NCBI GenBank assembly: GCA_049977145.1
Contig: JBMFGW010000001.1
Span: forward strand, 32,550-96,549
DNA length: 64,000 nucleotides
Reading direction: 5' to 3'
From: Phycisphaerae bacterium
GTDB taxonomy: Bacteria > Planctomycetota > Phycisphaerae > WQYP01
In this document: piece after piece, positions 17,547-28,666 of the stretch
How positions within the stretch are numbered: position 1 is the first letter of the stretch
How the letters are laid out: every line of letters begins with the position of its first letter
Program-made: the position numbers and the translations under genes
The notes under the pieces: model-generated
What the model saw: the letters and a program-made list of their open reading frames with translations, nothing else
Databases searched by the model: none
What the model was told of the DNA's origin: nothing

Positions 17547-20279
17547 ATGGGTGAGTCACTTAACAAACAGAATATCGCGGCGATTGATCCGGCGGAACTT
17601 ACGCCGGCCATGCGCCAATATCAAACCTACAAAGCCCAATATCCCGATGCGATTCTTTTCTTTCGCATCGGAGATTTTTACGAAACGTTTTATGAAGATG
17701 CCCGCACGGTATCCCGGGCGCTGGGAGTGGCCTTAACCAGCCGCAGCAAAGGGGAAAATGCCGTTCCCATGGCCGGTGTGCCCTATCATGCTGTGGACGG
17801 CTATCTGCAACGGATGATTGCGGCGGGTTATCGCGTTGCGATCTGCGAACAGATGGAAGACCCCAAACAGGCCAAAGGGGTTATTGACAGGCAAGTCACA
17901 CGATTGATTACCCCCGGCACGTTGACGGAAGATAGCATGCTGGATGGCAGAGAGGAAAATTTTCTCGCCGCCATGGTGCTGCTTTCCGCTAAGGACTCCG
18001 CAGATACACATTCGGATCCGTTGGCCTCTCCGGAAGCTGCCGCTGAAGCATCAGCGCGCCGGGCCGGAATCGCCTGGTGCGAATTATCCACGGGAAAATT
18101 CTTCACACTGGTGGATTCACTGGCCGCCTGTCAGGAGGAGCTGGCCCGCATCAGTCCGCGTGAGTTAATTTATCCCGAAGCTCCGGACCATCAGGTTCCG
18201 CAATGGGTAGAGCATATATCCGAAATCATCAAACTGACTCTGACCGCCCGCCCGGTTTGGCAGTTGGATCAACACCATGCGATGGAAACCATCCGCAAAC
18301 ATTATGGCGTTTTGAACTTCGCCGGCTTTGGCTATGACCATGACCACGACCCGGCCCTGCGCCCCGCCGGCGGTTTACTGGCGTATCTGCATGAAACCCA
18401 AAAAGCGGCGCTGGAGCATCTGCAACCGCCGCTGGGCTTTGAGCGCCGTCGTCATCTGGTTATTGACCCCACGTCCCTGCGCTCATTGGAAATCAATCGG
18501 TCCCTGCGGCACAACTCCGCGGAGGGTTCACTGGTGCGGGCCTTGGACAACACGAAAACGCCCATGGGGTCGCGGATGCTGCGGAACTGGCTGTTATTTC
18601 CACTGCGTGATCCCGCGCCTATTGTGCAGCGCTACACCATGGTGGCGCGGATGCTGGAGCTGGAAAACCGTCTGGATGAACTGCGCCTGGTCATTACCGA
18701 TTGCACGGATATTGAACGCATCACCGCCCGCATTTGTTGTCGCCGCTGTACACCGCGTGATCTGGTAGCGTTGGCCCAATCCCTGGAAACGCTGCCGATA
18801 CTGGCGACGCTCGCGGGGCCAACCGGTTTTTTTCAAGATGCGGCTGATGATTTGTCGCCTTTGGCGCAAGGTGCGGCCGAGCTAGCCGCGAAAATTCGCG
18901 CCACTATCGCGGATGAACCGCCGGCCCATCTCCGGGAGGGCGGTGTGATTCGTGACGGCAGTGATCCGGAACTCGACCGCCTGCGCACATTGGCCACCAA
19001 CAGCCGAGCATGGCTGGCAAATTATCAATCGCAACTCGTGGCGCAGACCGGTATTAATTCCCTCAAAGTTGGTTACAACAAAGTCTTTGGCTTCTACATT
19101 GAAATAACCCATACCCACGCCCAGAAAATTCCGCCGGAATTCACCCGCCGACAAACCGTAAAAAATGCCGAGCGCTACATCACCCCGGAACTCAAAACCT
19201 TTGAAAGCGATTTACTCACAGCGCAGGAACGCTCCAAGGCTCTGGAAGTGAATTTGTATGAACAATTGCGGGAATTTCTGGCCACGCAGGCGGACGTGCT
19301 GCGGACAATCGCCGCGCGGATAGCCCATCTGGACGTCATTGCCTCCATCGCTTATCTGGCCCGGTCGCGCCGGTATTGTCGTCCGGAAATTACCACACGG
19401 CGCGAGCTGCAAATCACGGACGCCCGCCATCCGGTCGTGGAACAGGTGCTGGGGGAAAACTTTGTCCCCAATGATATCAATCTCCCCGCCGACGGCCCCA
19501 CGCTGCAGCTGATCACCGGCCCTAATATGGCCGGTAAATCAACCTACATTCGGCAGACCGCCCTGCTGGTGCTCATGGCGCAGGCCGGTTTTTATCTGCC
19601 CGCAAAACAGGCCACCATCGGCCTGGTAGATCGCATTTTCACCCGTGTGGGTGCCGCCGATGATCTGGCCGCCGGGCAAAGCACCTTCATGGTGGAAATG
19701 ACGGAAACAGCCAACATTCTTTTGCATGCTTCCGAAAATTCTCTGGTGATTCTTGATGAGGTTGGTCGCGGCACCAGCACACTTGATGGCTTGGCGCTGG
19801 CCTGGGCGATTGCGGAATTCCTCGCGGGGACCACGCGCTGCCGAACGCTGTTTGCGACGCACTATCATGAACTTACGGAATTGGCACAAACCAGTAACGC
19901 GGTGGTGAATTACAACGTGCTGGTGCGGGAGTGGGAAGACCAGATCCTGTTCATGCACCGCATCGTGCCGGGCAGCGCGGACCGATCATACGGCGTACAG
20001 GTGGCGCGGCTGGCGGGTATTCCGCGCAGTGTGATTCAACGCGCGCGGCAGCTCATGGAACAATTGGTGGTGCACGTTGGCCGCGGTAAACCACGAGCCG
20101 CCGCCACGGCGGTATCACCACAGGCTGCTTTATTTGATCCACTGGAGTCGCAGGTCGTCAGCCAACTACAAGCCTTGGACTTGGAACGCATGTCCCCCAT
20201 GCAGGCCTGGGAGGCCGTTAAAATGCTGCAAGGGTTGTTGGCCGAAGAAAAGAAAAAACGCAACACCGGTGTGCGGTAA
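17547..20279 (+). CDS. mutS: DNA mismatch repair protein MutS
   Basis: 910 aa. N-terminal mismatch-binding MRQYQTYKAQYPDAILFFRIGDFYETFYEDA. Walker A GPNMAGKST. MutS C-terminal ATPase motifs (DEVGRGTSTLDG, FATHYHEL). Confidence 0.9.
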   Translation: MGESLNKQNIAAIDPAELTPAMRQYQTYKAQYPDAILFFRIGDFYETFYEDARTVSRALGVALTSRSKGENAVPMAGVPYHAVDGYLQRMIAAGYRVAICEQMEDPKQAKGVIDRQVTRLITPGTLTEDSMLDGREENFLAAMVLLSAKDSADTHSDPLASPEAAAEASARRAGIAWCELSTGKFFTLVDSLAACQEELARISPRELIYPEAPDHQVPQWVEHISEIIKLTLTARPVWQLDQHHAMETIRKHYGVLNFAGFGYDHDHDPALRPAGGLLAYLHETQKAALEHLQPPLGFERRRHLVIDPTSLRSLEINRSLRHNSAEGSLVRALDNTKTPMGSRMLRNWLLFPLRDPAPIVQRYTMVARMLELENRLDELRLVITDCTDIERITARICCRRCTPRDLVALAQSLETLPILATLAGPTGFFQDAADDLSPLAQGAAELAAKIRATIADEPPAHLREGGVIRDGSDPELDRLRTLATNSRAWLANYQSQLVAQTGINSLKVGYNKVFGFYIEITHTHAQKIPPEFTRRQTVKNAERYITPELKTFESDLLTAQERSKALEVNLYEQLREFLATQADVLRTIAARIAHLDVIASIAYLARSRRYCRPEITTRRELQITDARHPVVEQVLGENFVPNDINLPADGPTLQLITGPNMAGKSTYIRQTALLVLMAQAGFYLPAKQATIGLVDRIFTRVGAADDLAAGQSTFMVEMTETANILLHASENSLVILDEVGRGTSTLDGLALAWAIAEFLAGTTRCRTLFATHYHELTELAQTSNAVVNYNVLVREWEDQILFMHRIVPGSADRSYGVQVARLAGIPRSVIQRARQLMEQLVVHVGRGKPRAAATAVSPQAALFDPLESQVVSQLQALDLERMSPMQAWEAVKMLQGLLAEEKKKRNTGVR

Positions 20280-20395
20280 ATGGGAAATGCGTTCTATTCC
20301 GCGCTTACTGGGGTGCATCCCCGAAACGGTCCGCCCCAATTGTTTCAATGGCCATTGCCTGCCACGACGTACCAGCAGGATATGCGGAACATCGG

Positions 20396-23005
20396 CTATA
20401 TTCCCTCGGACATCGTTCGTATGGTCTCACTGCGGCTGACGGTGGGACCAACAGACTGCGCCACCAATAGCTCTCCACGGTGCAGTTTACTGCTTTCCCG
20501 GCCAGCTTCTTTGAAGTGGTACATGGCTTGATCCGCATTTTTCAATAGCGATACAAAGTCCGTACCATCGTCGGGATATATACTCGTACCGATGCTGCAC
20601 GTTACCTGCAAAGAATGTTCATCCACGTAAATGGGGGCCACGACCGCCTCAACGGCGCGCTGGGCTATAATTCCGGCGGCTTGCGTGTCCTTCACTTCCG
20701 GTAAAATCAGTACAAATTCATCGCCTCCAATCCGGGCTACGGTATCCGAATCCCGTACGGTGGTTGCCAACCGCCGGGCCACCACCTGCAGCACTTTATC
20801 GCCAATATGATGCCCTAATTGATCGTTAATGGGTTTGAAATGATCCAAATCCAGAAGGGCAATAACGACCTTGTCCTTTTGCCGCCTTGCCCGTGCCATG
20901 GCCGCTTTGGCACGATCTTCCAGCAAAGCTCGGTTGGCCAAACCAGTTAATGGATCATGCAAGGCCTGATGCTGAACTTCCCGTTCCGCGAGCTTTTTGT
21001 CAGTAATATCCCGTGTGGTAACCGCCACGCCGTCGCCCAATTTCACAATCTGGTGGGAAAGCCACTGCCCCTTTACTGCGCTATCGTGGACTTCAAATTC
21101 CTCGGACATAGTCTGCCCAGTGGCAACCACGCGCTTATAATGCTCTACAAATCCCTTGGCATAACTGGCTGGAAATAGTTCGGTTACCAGTTTTCCTTTG
21201 AATTCCGCCGCGGAATAACGGGTCAGATTCTGCGCATTGGCGCTGGCAAAACTAAACCGGAAATCCCGCACCTGCCCGGCGGAATCCCGCACGCTTTCCA
21301 GAATGAAAAAGGAGTCGAGACTGCCATTGACGGCGGCGATAAAACGGGCTTCGTTTTCCTGCGCCATTTTCCGTGAATGCGCGAGTGTTTGCAGCAATGG
21401 TTTGAGATATTGGCGCAAGGCCAATAAACCCAAAAGGGTTAATCCCACCATCACCGGCAACATATAGACAATTTGTTGCCGAATCGGCGCATAGACTTCT
21501 GATAAATTCATCTTCAAAGCCAAGCCCAAACCGGTATGCCCGATGGAGCCATACGCCGCCAGCACCTCCTGGCCCCACAAATCGCGCGTGGTTACAATTC
21601 CTTCACCTCCACCGCGCAAGGCCAGAACCGCGGGGAGCCGCGTGTCTCGTAAGCGGTCCGGGATGGTGAAGGGCACGGGTTGATTGCGAACCGGAAAAAC
21701 ATGCAGTACATCATCAACTTTGGCACAGACCACCATGGTGCCGGTTTTTCCCCATTTGGCCATGTTATCATAGACACGGTCCAAGACCGGCAACGGCTGT
21801 TCGGCCGTGACATATCCCCAGGTTTTCCCATGCCGTATGACGCGTATGCGGGTGCGAAGAACATATCCATTTGCCCACAGCAACCAGGCGGTGTAAGACC
21901 CCGCCAGGGGAACTTGGAGCGCCGGGCGCACGGTAAGCCGTCCCAGTAGCGGGTAGTTTTTTGTGCCGACGGTGTATACCACCGCGGAAAATCCCAGTTG
22001 GCGCAAGGGTGCCATCGAATCTTGTAATTGTCGCACCGTGGCCAAATAGGTCGTCTCATTTTTCCGCAATCGGATCGTGGTTATTGCGCTGACTATATGT
22101 GCCAGAACTGCCGCATGCGCCATACGATCCCGAATGACCTGGGCAAAAAATTCTTGTCGATCCCGGGCCATGCGCGCCAGATTACGTTCCACAATTATTT
22201 TTATCCGATATTGCATCAACCCAAGGCTCACGATCCCCGCAAGCAGCATGGCTAACACCAGAACTCCCGCGGAAAGCTGATAAATGCGCTCCACCTCCAC
22301 ACCCTCGGTATCATATTGATTCCAAGACTGATTCCGCCACAGTTGCCATAATCCGATTCCCAGCACCATCATGCCGATGGCGGTATTCAAAGTCAGATCG
22401 ACTATGTTGGCCCGGTTGTACAGATTCTCCAAACCCATCCAATAGCCGATACAACTTAGTAATCCGAGAAAAAACAAACTGAAAGTGGAAGCGCGAACCA
22501 ACGCCGCCAGATTGGGTCCCTTTACTCGCCGGTATAAAACCAACGCCAAACCAAAACACACAAACGCCACCGCCGTATTGGGTGCCATTTGGTCGGGACG
22601 TAAATACGTGACGGCATGAATCTTTTGCAGTGCCGTCATATCCAGGGGCGATAAAAAGCCAAAAACATTTTCAATTATCGCCCATCCTGCCAGCAGCAGA
22701 ATGGCCACGCCTGAAAATGCGGGAATGACCGATGGTTTGCGCCCACTGTCGAAGGTGGAAAAAATCAGTGCCAGTCCGGCGAATACAAAGCCAATGGCCG
22801 TGGTGATCACCATGGGAGTTTCACCACCGCTAACCCATACCAGCATCGGAATATGAAACGCCAAGCCGATCAGTACCGGGCCGCCAAGTATCACGGCCAC
22901 CGCGCCGCAGACACCGACGGCCATTCGGGAACCACGCCAGCCTTGGGGATTAGTCTGTTGTTGTAAATTTTCCGTGGCCATGGAATTGGAAGGTAGTGTA
23001 TCCAT
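20396..23005 (-). CDS. Membrane sensor diguanylate cyclase (multi-TM N-terminal domain, PAS-like region, GGDEF)
   Basis: About 10 N-terminal TM helices. C-terminal GGDEF domain with LTGLANR, DLDHFKPINDQLGHHIGD and the RIGGDEF active site. Confidence 0.8.
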   Translation of the reverse strand: MDTLPSNSMATENLQQQTNPQGWRGSRMAVGVCGAVAVILGGPVLIGLAFHIPMLVWVSGGETPMVITTAIGFVFAGLALIFSTFDSGRKPSVIPAFSGVAILLLAGWAIIENVFGFLSPLDMTALQKIHAVTYLRPDQMAPNTAVAFVCFGLALVLYRRVKGPNLAALVRASTFSLFFLGLLSCIGYWMGLENLYNRANIVDLTLNTAIGMMVLGIGLWQLWRNQSWNQYDTEGVEVERIYQLSAGVLVLAMLLAGIVSLGLMQYRIKIIVERNLARMARDRQEFFAQVIRDRMAHAAVLAHIVSAITTIRLRKNETTYLATVRQLQDSMAPLRQLGFSAVVYTVGTKNYPLLGRLTVRPALQVPLAGSYTAWLLWANGYVLRTRIRVIRHGKTWGYVTAEQPLPVLDRVYDNMAKWGKTGTMVVCAKVDDVLHVFPVRNQPVPFTIPDRLRDTRLPAVLALRGGGEGIVTTRDLWGQEVLAAYGSIGHTGLGLALKMNLSEVYAPIRQQIVYMLPVMVGLTLLGLLALRQYLKPLLQTLAHSRKMAQENEARFIAAVNGSLDSFFILESVRDSAGQVRDFRFSFASANAQNLTRYSAAEFKGKLVTELFPASYAKGFVEHYKRVVATGQTMSEEFEVHDSAVKGQWLSHQIVKLGDGVAVTTRDITDKKLAEREVQHQALHDPLTGLANRALLEDRAKAAMARARRQKDKVVIALLDLDHFKPINDQLGHHIGDKVLQVVARRLATTVRDSDTVARIGGDEFVLILPEVKDTQAAGIIAQRAVEAVVAPIYVDEHSLQVTCSIGTSIYPDDGTDFVSLLKNADQAMYHFKEAGRESSKLHRGELLVAQSVGPTVSRSETIRTMSEGI

Positions 23006-23306
23006 ATAGGTTCATTATCGGTCAAAAACGCGGAAAGTGTTTATAAGAACTCGGTACCAGGAACATACGATGATGTTTCAAGTGTTAGCCGCAGCAAACC
23101 GATACCAATGTTTTGCCGATAAACATCATTTTTATCGGACATTGAATGCCAACCTGGGAACCGTTCACAACACCCCGGAAAGTACCCTTGAATTTTTACC
23201 TTCTGCTTTTGCACACGGTTGGCCGCGGGCAAACTTCGGCTTAATTGACCTTGTGGCCCTCAATAGCTATAAAACGGTGATAAATACTGTTGCAAGGCGG
23301 AAAAAA

Positions 23307-25565
23307 ATGACTCCCCATCATCTACCCCCAACAATGATTACCAACCAAAGCGAAGATGGCGGCGTATCGGCACCGCACACACCGCAAAATACTCCACTCA
23401 CGCCATCGCGCCGTGATTTAATCAAATTTGGGGCACTGGCCATGATCGCGACTGGTGCTTTGACCGGATGCAGCGACGCCCGCACGAACGCGGCGGGTAA
23501 TGCCGGATTGACGGGCCAAACGGGAAACTCGACCACCGCGCGAGTCGATATGTGTATTGATCAGGCATGGAAATTTCTTAAGCAGGGTTTTCCTGGTGCG
23601 CAATGCCCCGATATGAACGATACCGCTTGGACCACGGTGGAATTACCACATACCTACAATGGTTTAGATGGGCAAACCGGGGCACCGTACTACCGCGGAC
23701 CGGCTTGGTATCGCAAAGAACTCGAGCTGCCAAGCGCTGCCAAAGAGCGGGATAAACAGGTTTTTCTTTATTTTGAAGGCGCGGGCATCACAACCGAAGT
23801 GTACTGCAATGGCCATCGAGCTGGTGGACACATTGGCCTGTTTGCAGGCTTTTGCGTGGATATCACCCCGTTTATTCAACACACAGGACGCAATGTCATC
23901 GCGGTACGCGTGGACAACGCCTACAACAATCACATTGCTCCATTGAACGGCGACTTTAATCTGGATGGCGGCCTGTATCGCCATGTCCGATTGCTGGTGC
24001 TGAACGCATTAAGCATCAGTCCCTTGGACGACGGCGGCCCCGGCGTATATATCAAACAGGTGAAAGTCACGCCGGAAAAAGCGGAACTGGAAGTCACCAC
24101 CTTGGTGCGTAATGCCTCATCTCAAGAAAAAACAGCGGGTGTTGGATACAGCATCTCCGATCACGCCGGAAATGTCATATTGACTGCTTCGGCGGCCCAG
24201 ATTGTGCCTGCGGGTCAAACATCCACATGTGTGCACAATATCGTATTGCCCAAGCCGCATTTGTGGAATGGTCGGGAAGACCCTTATCTGTATCAGATGA
24301 CTGTGGAAATCTTTGACAACGAGCAACGCACCGATAGTGTTACACAGCCACTGGGGCTTCGCTTTTACCATATCAACCCGGATCAGGGATTTTTTCTCAA
24401 TGGCAAATCTTATCCGCTGCGGGGTGTTTGCACCCATCAGGACCGACCGAATAAAGGGCGAGCCGTAAGTGATGCGGATTATCGCCAGGATTTGGACATC
24501 ATTTATGAAATTGGTGCCACCTGCGTGCGCATGGCCCATTATCAGCACGCGCAGGCCTCGTATGATGCAGCGGACAAACTTGGCATCGTGGTCTGGGCGG
24601 AAGACGGCCTGGTCAACGGTGTGGCGCATAATGAGGAATTTGATGCCAATCAGATACAACAGGTGCGTGAACTTATTAAACAGAATTTTAATCACCCGTC
24701 TATATGCTTCTGGAGCATGTATAACGAACTGGGAAATAACGGCCAGAACAACCTCGGCTATCGCCTGGTACAAAAAATTAATGCCGAAGCCAGACGGCTG
24801 GATCCCACCCGCCTGACCACTGCCGCCGACGATCAATCCCAGTACAACCATATCGGATATATCACGGATATTATCGCCTTTAACCGCTATCCGGGTTGGT
24901 ACGGCGGCAAGATGACAGACTTCCCCACCATCTTGGATGGCATTCGGAAAGTAGTGGAGGCTAAGGCTCCAGGCCGATGTATCGGCCTGAGTGAATATGG
25001 CGCTGGAGCCAGCATTTTCCAGCACGAATCGCATGTTACTCAACCCAACCCTGGTGCGTATTGGCATCCTGAAGAATATCAGGCACTGCTGCATGAACAC
25101 GCCTGGGCCGCAATTAAAGATCGCCCGTGGCTTTGGGGTACGTTTCTCTGGGTAATGTTTGACTTTGCCTCGGCATTTCGCCATGAGGGAGATCATCCCG
25201 GAAAAAATGATAAGGGACTTGTGACGCGCGACCGTAAAACCCGCAAGGATGCGTTTTACTTTTACAAAGCTCAGTGGACTAAAGAACCGTTTGTGTACAT
25301 CACGGATCGGCGATTTAATTGCCGGCCGGATCAACATGCCATCTTAAAGGTCTATGCCAATTGCGCCAGCGTGGAACTGATGCTCAACGGCCAATCATTG
25401 GGCAGGCAACAGGGGGTAAACGGTGTATTTGTCTGGCCGATGACGACGCTTAAAGAAGGCCAAAATCACATTCGCGCCATCGGCCAACATAATGCCGGAC
25501 AGGTGGAAGACGCGTGTGCAATTGTCTACGATCCGCGCGCGCCACATCGCGCAACGTATCGCTAA
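23307..25565 (+). CDS. Glycoside hydrolase family 2 (beta-galactosidase/beta-glucuronidase-like), TAT-secreted
   Basis: Start at internal ATG 23307. Twin-arginine signal SRRDLIKFGALAMIATGALTGCS. GH2 sugar-binding, Ig-like and TIM-barrel regions (NAYNNHIAP, WSMYNELG with catalytic acid Glu, LSEYGAGAS nucleophile region). Confidence 0.8.
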   Translation: MTPHHLPPTMITNQSEDGGVSAPHTPQNTPLTPSRRDLIKFGALAMIATGALTGCSDARTNAAGNAGLTGQTGNSTTARVDMCIDQAWKFLKQGFPGAQCPDMNDTAWTTVELPHTYNGLDGQTGAPYYRGPAWYRKELELPSAAKERDKQVFLYFEGAGITTEVYCNGHRAGGHIGLFAGFCVDITPFIQHTGRNVIAVRVDNAYNNHIAPLNGDFNLDGGLYRHVRLLVLNALSISPLDDGGPGVYIKQVKVTPEKAELEVTTLVRNASSQEKTAGVGYSISDHAGNVILTASAAQIVPAGQTSTCVHNIVLPKPHLWNGREDPYLYQMTVEIFDNEQRTDSVTQPLGLRFYHINPDQGFFLNGKSYPLRGVCTHQDRPNKGRAVSDADYRQDLDIIYEIGATCVRMAHYQHAQASYDAADKLGIVVWAEDGLVNGVAHNEEFDANQIQQVRELIKQNFNHPSICFWSMYNELGNNGQNNLGYRLVQKINAEARRLDPTRLTTAADDQSQYNHIGYITDIIAFNRYPGWYGGKMTDFPTILDGIRKVVEAKAPGRCIGLSEYGAGASIFQHESHVTQPNPGAYWHPEEYQALLHEHAWAAIKDRPWLWGTFLWVMFDFASAFRHEGDHPGKNDKGLVTRDRKTRKDAFYFYKAQWTKEPFVYITDRRFNCRPDQHAILKVYANCASVELMLNGQSLGRQQGVNGVFVWPMTTLKEGQNHIRAIGQHNAGQVEDACAIVYDPRAPHRATYR

Positions 25566-25788
25566 GTGTCCGAGTCATTAAGCTCATCCATGCGGCTGAC
25601 CGGCAAATTCATACTGCGGCGCAATTGTTTATCCGAATGTGGCCCTGACTGTCGACACGCCGGACATTGACGACTGTGGATGAATGCTTCCCGCATTTTA
25701 TAATACTCTTCATCCATCCGTTGACGCTCATAATCATACCCGCCTTTTTTATTAAAAAAAAATACGAAGTTGTTTTTTGCACTGCTGC

Positions 25789-26742
25789 TTACCGATGGTG
25801 GAAACGCACCGGGCCGCCGCAGACAAACAACTCGCCAAATCGTTCAATAACCCGCACTTTGTCGGCGGCGCACAGGCGATCCAATACGCCGCGAAAATCC
25901 AATCCGGAAACCTGCCGTGCGGCTACTTCCAGTTCCTGGAGCCGCAGAGGATGGCGTGAGACGATGTTGCAAATTTGATCTTCCAGCGCGTCCGTGCGGC
26001 TTAAGCTGAGAACCAACTCGGATTTGGAGGTCAGACGCGCCATCGGCCCCAGAATCGCCTGTACTCTTACCAGACTTTCCACGTCGGGTGGGTGAACAAA
26101 CTTTTCCGCGGGGCACCGTGTGGGCAGCGTTAAATGCACTTCATCCGGCCCGATCGTGGCCAGCACTGCGGCCAGTTCGCGTAAGGCTGATTCAGTATCG
26201 TTAAGTCCCGCGACCAGCATGACTTCAATCCACAATTTCGCGTGTCGTTGCATGTGGGCGAAAGCCGTTAACCCCGCCACATGCCGGGCGAATGTAAACT
26301 GTGGATGCGGACGATTAATCCGGCGGAAAAGCTCGGATGAACCCGCATCCAGCGTGGGCAGTACGGCGTCGGCGGCAGCGAGTTGTGCCCGTATCGCAGG
26401 CTGATCCAACATGGATCCATTGGTAATTACCGCGACGGGAAAAGGACTTAACGCTTTAACCGCCTGAACCATTTCGCCAATCCGGTGGTGCAACGTGCCC
26501 TCGCCGGAGGCTACGAAAGTAACCCAGTCAATGTCCGGCGGCGGCACGGACTGCAACGCTTTTTGCACTTCGTCAAGAATTTCGTTTGTGGGCAGGTATT
26601 CACGCCTGGCACTTACCACCGGCATGCTGCGTCCCAGTTGGCAGTACACACAGTTCCAATTACAGGTTTTTAATGGCACCGTATCAATACCCAGAGATCG
26701 GCCCAGGCGGCGCGACGGCACAGGCCCAAAAACATATTTCAT
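25789..26742 (-). CDS. Radical SAM protein (COG0731-like Fe-S oxidoreductase), first visible member of the Fe-S ATPase cluster
   Basis: N-terminal GPVPSRRLGRSLGIDTVPLKTCNWNCVYCQ with a Cx3Cx2C radical-SAM motif. 317 aa. No SPASM extension. Confidence 0.75.
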   Translation of the reverse strand: MKYVFGPVPSRRLGRSLGIDTVPLKTCNWNCVYCQLGRSMPVVSARREYLPTNEILDEVQKALQSVPPPDIDWVTFVASGEGTLHHRIGEMVQAVKALSPFPVAVITNGSMLDQPAIRAQLAAADAVLPTLDAGSSELFRRINRPHPQFTFARHVAGLTAFAHMQRHAKLWIEVMLVAGLNDTESALRELAAVLATIGPDEVHLTLPTRCPAEKFVHPPDVESLVRVQAILGPMARLTSKSELVLSLSRTDALEDQICNIVSRHPLRLQELEVAARQVSGLDFRGVLDRLCAADKVRVIERFGELFVCGGPVRFHHR

Positions 26743-26907
26743 GGTTTATGATCCGCCTGTAACATCAATAATATCCCATAACGTCCGATCCGCAGGCATC
26801 TGATTCGTTGATACTTCATCATGACCAATGCCCCGCATTGCCGCATTTCCGCCCGCCTCCAGCGGGTTTTAGTAGTCTAACACTATCCCATCGCATCCAA
26901 ACACAAT

Positions 26908-27792
26908 TCATTCTACACGCAATTTATCAGCCACTGTCCGCCAAATCCGGCGCACATCCTCACCGGCCTCCGTGAAGCGCATTTCCACCACAGCCTGGCG
27001 TTGTCGCTGCGCTGCGTTGAACACCGAATCCACACGCACACGCCCGGCCGGTGTAACGTTATTTTGTCTGGCGCTATTTTCAATATCCATTGTTTGTGCC
27101 GGATTAAGATCCCAACGATTCACGCATAGCATGACCGGAATGTTAAAGTGTCTGGTAAGAGCTGTAACCCGTTGCATATCATGCCAGCCGCTTGGCGTAG
27201 GTTCTGTGACAATCAATACGAGACTGGCGCGGGCCACTGTGGCAATCACCGGACAGCCGATGCCGGGAGGACCATCGACAATTAGTAGCGTGGCCGCAGT
27301 GGCCGCGGCTATGGAATGCGCTTTTTGCCGAACCTGGCTGACCAGTTTTCCGGAATTTTCACCACCAGGTCCCAATTGGGCGTGAACCAGCGGTCCAAAC
27401 CGGGTGGTGGAAACAAACCATTGGCCCGCGAGAACCGGCTCCAAGGTAATGGCGTTGTTGGGACAAACCTGCAAACACGCTCCACAGCCTTCACAAGACA
27501 TTGGAAGGACGCGGCACGGCGCGTTGTCATCGGTGCCGCGCGCTATAGCCTCAAATCGGCAGACGTTCTGGCAGGCCCCGCAACCATCACACCGGTGGTA
27601 ATCAATTTTGGCGTGATGCCCTTGAAAAAAATCGTGGCGTTCTTGTACCGTTGGATTGAGAATAATTGGCAGATCAGAGGCATCGACATCGCAATCCGCC
27701 AGCACGGCGGTGCCGGCCAGTGCCGCAAATGACGCCACCAGCGAAGTTTTTCCTGTTCCGCCTTTACCACTGATAACTACCAATTCTCTCAT
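26908..27792 (-). CDS. MinD/Mrp-family P-loop ATPase with inserted double 4Fe-4S ferredoxin domain (COG1149-like)
   Basis: Start MRELVVISGKGGTGKTS (deviant Walker A) at ATG 27792. Two CxxCxxCxxxCP motifs (CDGCGACQNVCRF, CEGCGACLQVCPNN). 4-bp ATGA overlap with the upstream paralog. Confidence 0.75.
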   Translation of the reverse strand: MRELVVISGKGGTGKTSLVASFAALAGTAVLADCDVDASDLPIILNPTVQERHDFFQGHHAKIDYHRCDGCGACQNVCRFEAIARGTDDNAPCRVLPMSCEGCGACLQVCPNNAITLEPVLAGQWFVSTTRFGPLVHAQLGPGGENSGKLVSQVRQKAHSIAAATAATLLIVDGPPGIGCPVIATVARASLVLIVTEPTPSGWHDMQRVTALTRHFNIPVMLCVNRWDLNPAQTMDIENSARQNNVTPAGRVRVDSVFNAAQRQRQAVVEMRFTEAGEDVRRIWRTVADKLRVE

Positions 27793-28655
27793 GACGTTTC
27801 TCCCTTTACCCATGCCAGCAGTTCCGTGAAAAGGCTTTCCATGGCCACCCGGAATTCCGGAACGCCATGAATTGGCATTTCTCCACGGGCATAAGCCTCG
27901 GCCACACGGCGGTCCGCGGATACCTGCGCTAAAATCGGAATATCATGGACTTGACACCAGTTGACCATCTCCCGTGTGGGGCCGTCCACGCGGTTGAGCA
28001 CTGCGGCCGCACGCATACCGAGCATTCGTACCATTTCCACGGCCAATGTGAAATCATGAAATCCAAAAGGAGTGGCCTCGCCCACGAGTAAAACAGCATC
28101 GCTGCCGCGTGCTGTTTCCACAGTGGGGCAGGAAGTTCCCGGCGGCGCATCTTTCAGAATAATTTCCGCAGGCGGGGCCGCGGCCTTGACCTGCCGCACA
28201 ATGGGTGTCGCCATGACCTGTCCGACATCCAACCGGCCTTGCACAAAACCAAGCAACCCCGCATGGCCACGTTCCACCACACCGCTTCGATGCGGAACCT
28301 CTTTGATGGCGTGGGCCGGGCAGGCCAGCATACAGGCCCCGCAGCCATGGCAAAGATCAGCGTTCACCATCACAAAATGACCTAGGCAAATAATGGCGCT
28401 GAAATGACAGGCCTGGCCGCAGCGCCCGCATACACCAGCCGCGCGACACACTTTTTCATCCACCTCCGGAACGGCGATATTCACAATTTCCTGTCCGGTG
28501 ATTACTGGATGTAAAAACAAGTGACCATTGGGTTCTTCCACATCACAGTCAAGATAGGCAACGGATAGTCCGCGTTGTACGCCAATAGCCGCAAGGCTTG
28601 TCGCAATGGTGGTTTTTCCCGCGCCGCCTTTGCCGCTGGCTATCGCAATTTTCAT
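27789..28655 (-). CDS. MinD/Mrp-family P-loop ATPase with inserted double 4Fe-4S ferredoxin domain (paralog)
   Basis: Start MKIAIASGKGGAGKTT at ATG 28655. The long ORF upstream of this Met is unlikely. Two ferredoxin Cys motifs (CGRCGQACHF, CHGCGACMLACPAHA). Confidence 0.75.
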   Translation of the reverse strand: MKIAIASGKGGAGKTTIATSLAAIGVQRGLSVAYLDCDVEEPNGHLFLHPVITGQEIVNIAVPEVDEKVCRAAGVCGRCGQACHFSAIICLGHFVMVNADLCHGCGACMLACPAHAIKEVPHRSGVVERGHAGLLGFVQGRLDVGQVMATPIVRQVKAAAPPAEIILKDAPPGTSCPTVETARGSDAVLLVGEATPFGFHDFTLAVEMVRMLGMRAAAVLNRVDGPTREMVNWCQVHDIPILAQVSADRRVAEAYARGEMPIHGVPEFRVAMESLFTELLAWVKGETS

Positions 28656-28666
28656 GTACCGGGTTC

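Noticed and set aside
24117-25337. 406-aa ORF on the minus strand inside the GH2 gene
   Set aside because: Entirely antisense to a well-supported GH2 coding region. No recognisable domains. Typical GC-rich antisense artefact.
25566-25788. Possible bidirectional terminator (ccgcctttttt attaaaaaaaaa) between convergent GH2 and radical SAM genes
   Set aside because: A-tract and T-tract are present but no stable GC stem could be identified by eye. Left unannotated.
27929-28380. ORFs overlapping the second ferredoxin-MinD ATPase, and the long N-terminal extension of that ORF (28656-28904)
   Set aside because: The ATPase family starts at the Walker A MKIAIASGKGG. The upstream extension overlaps DUF5320 in another frame and lacks a homology signal.
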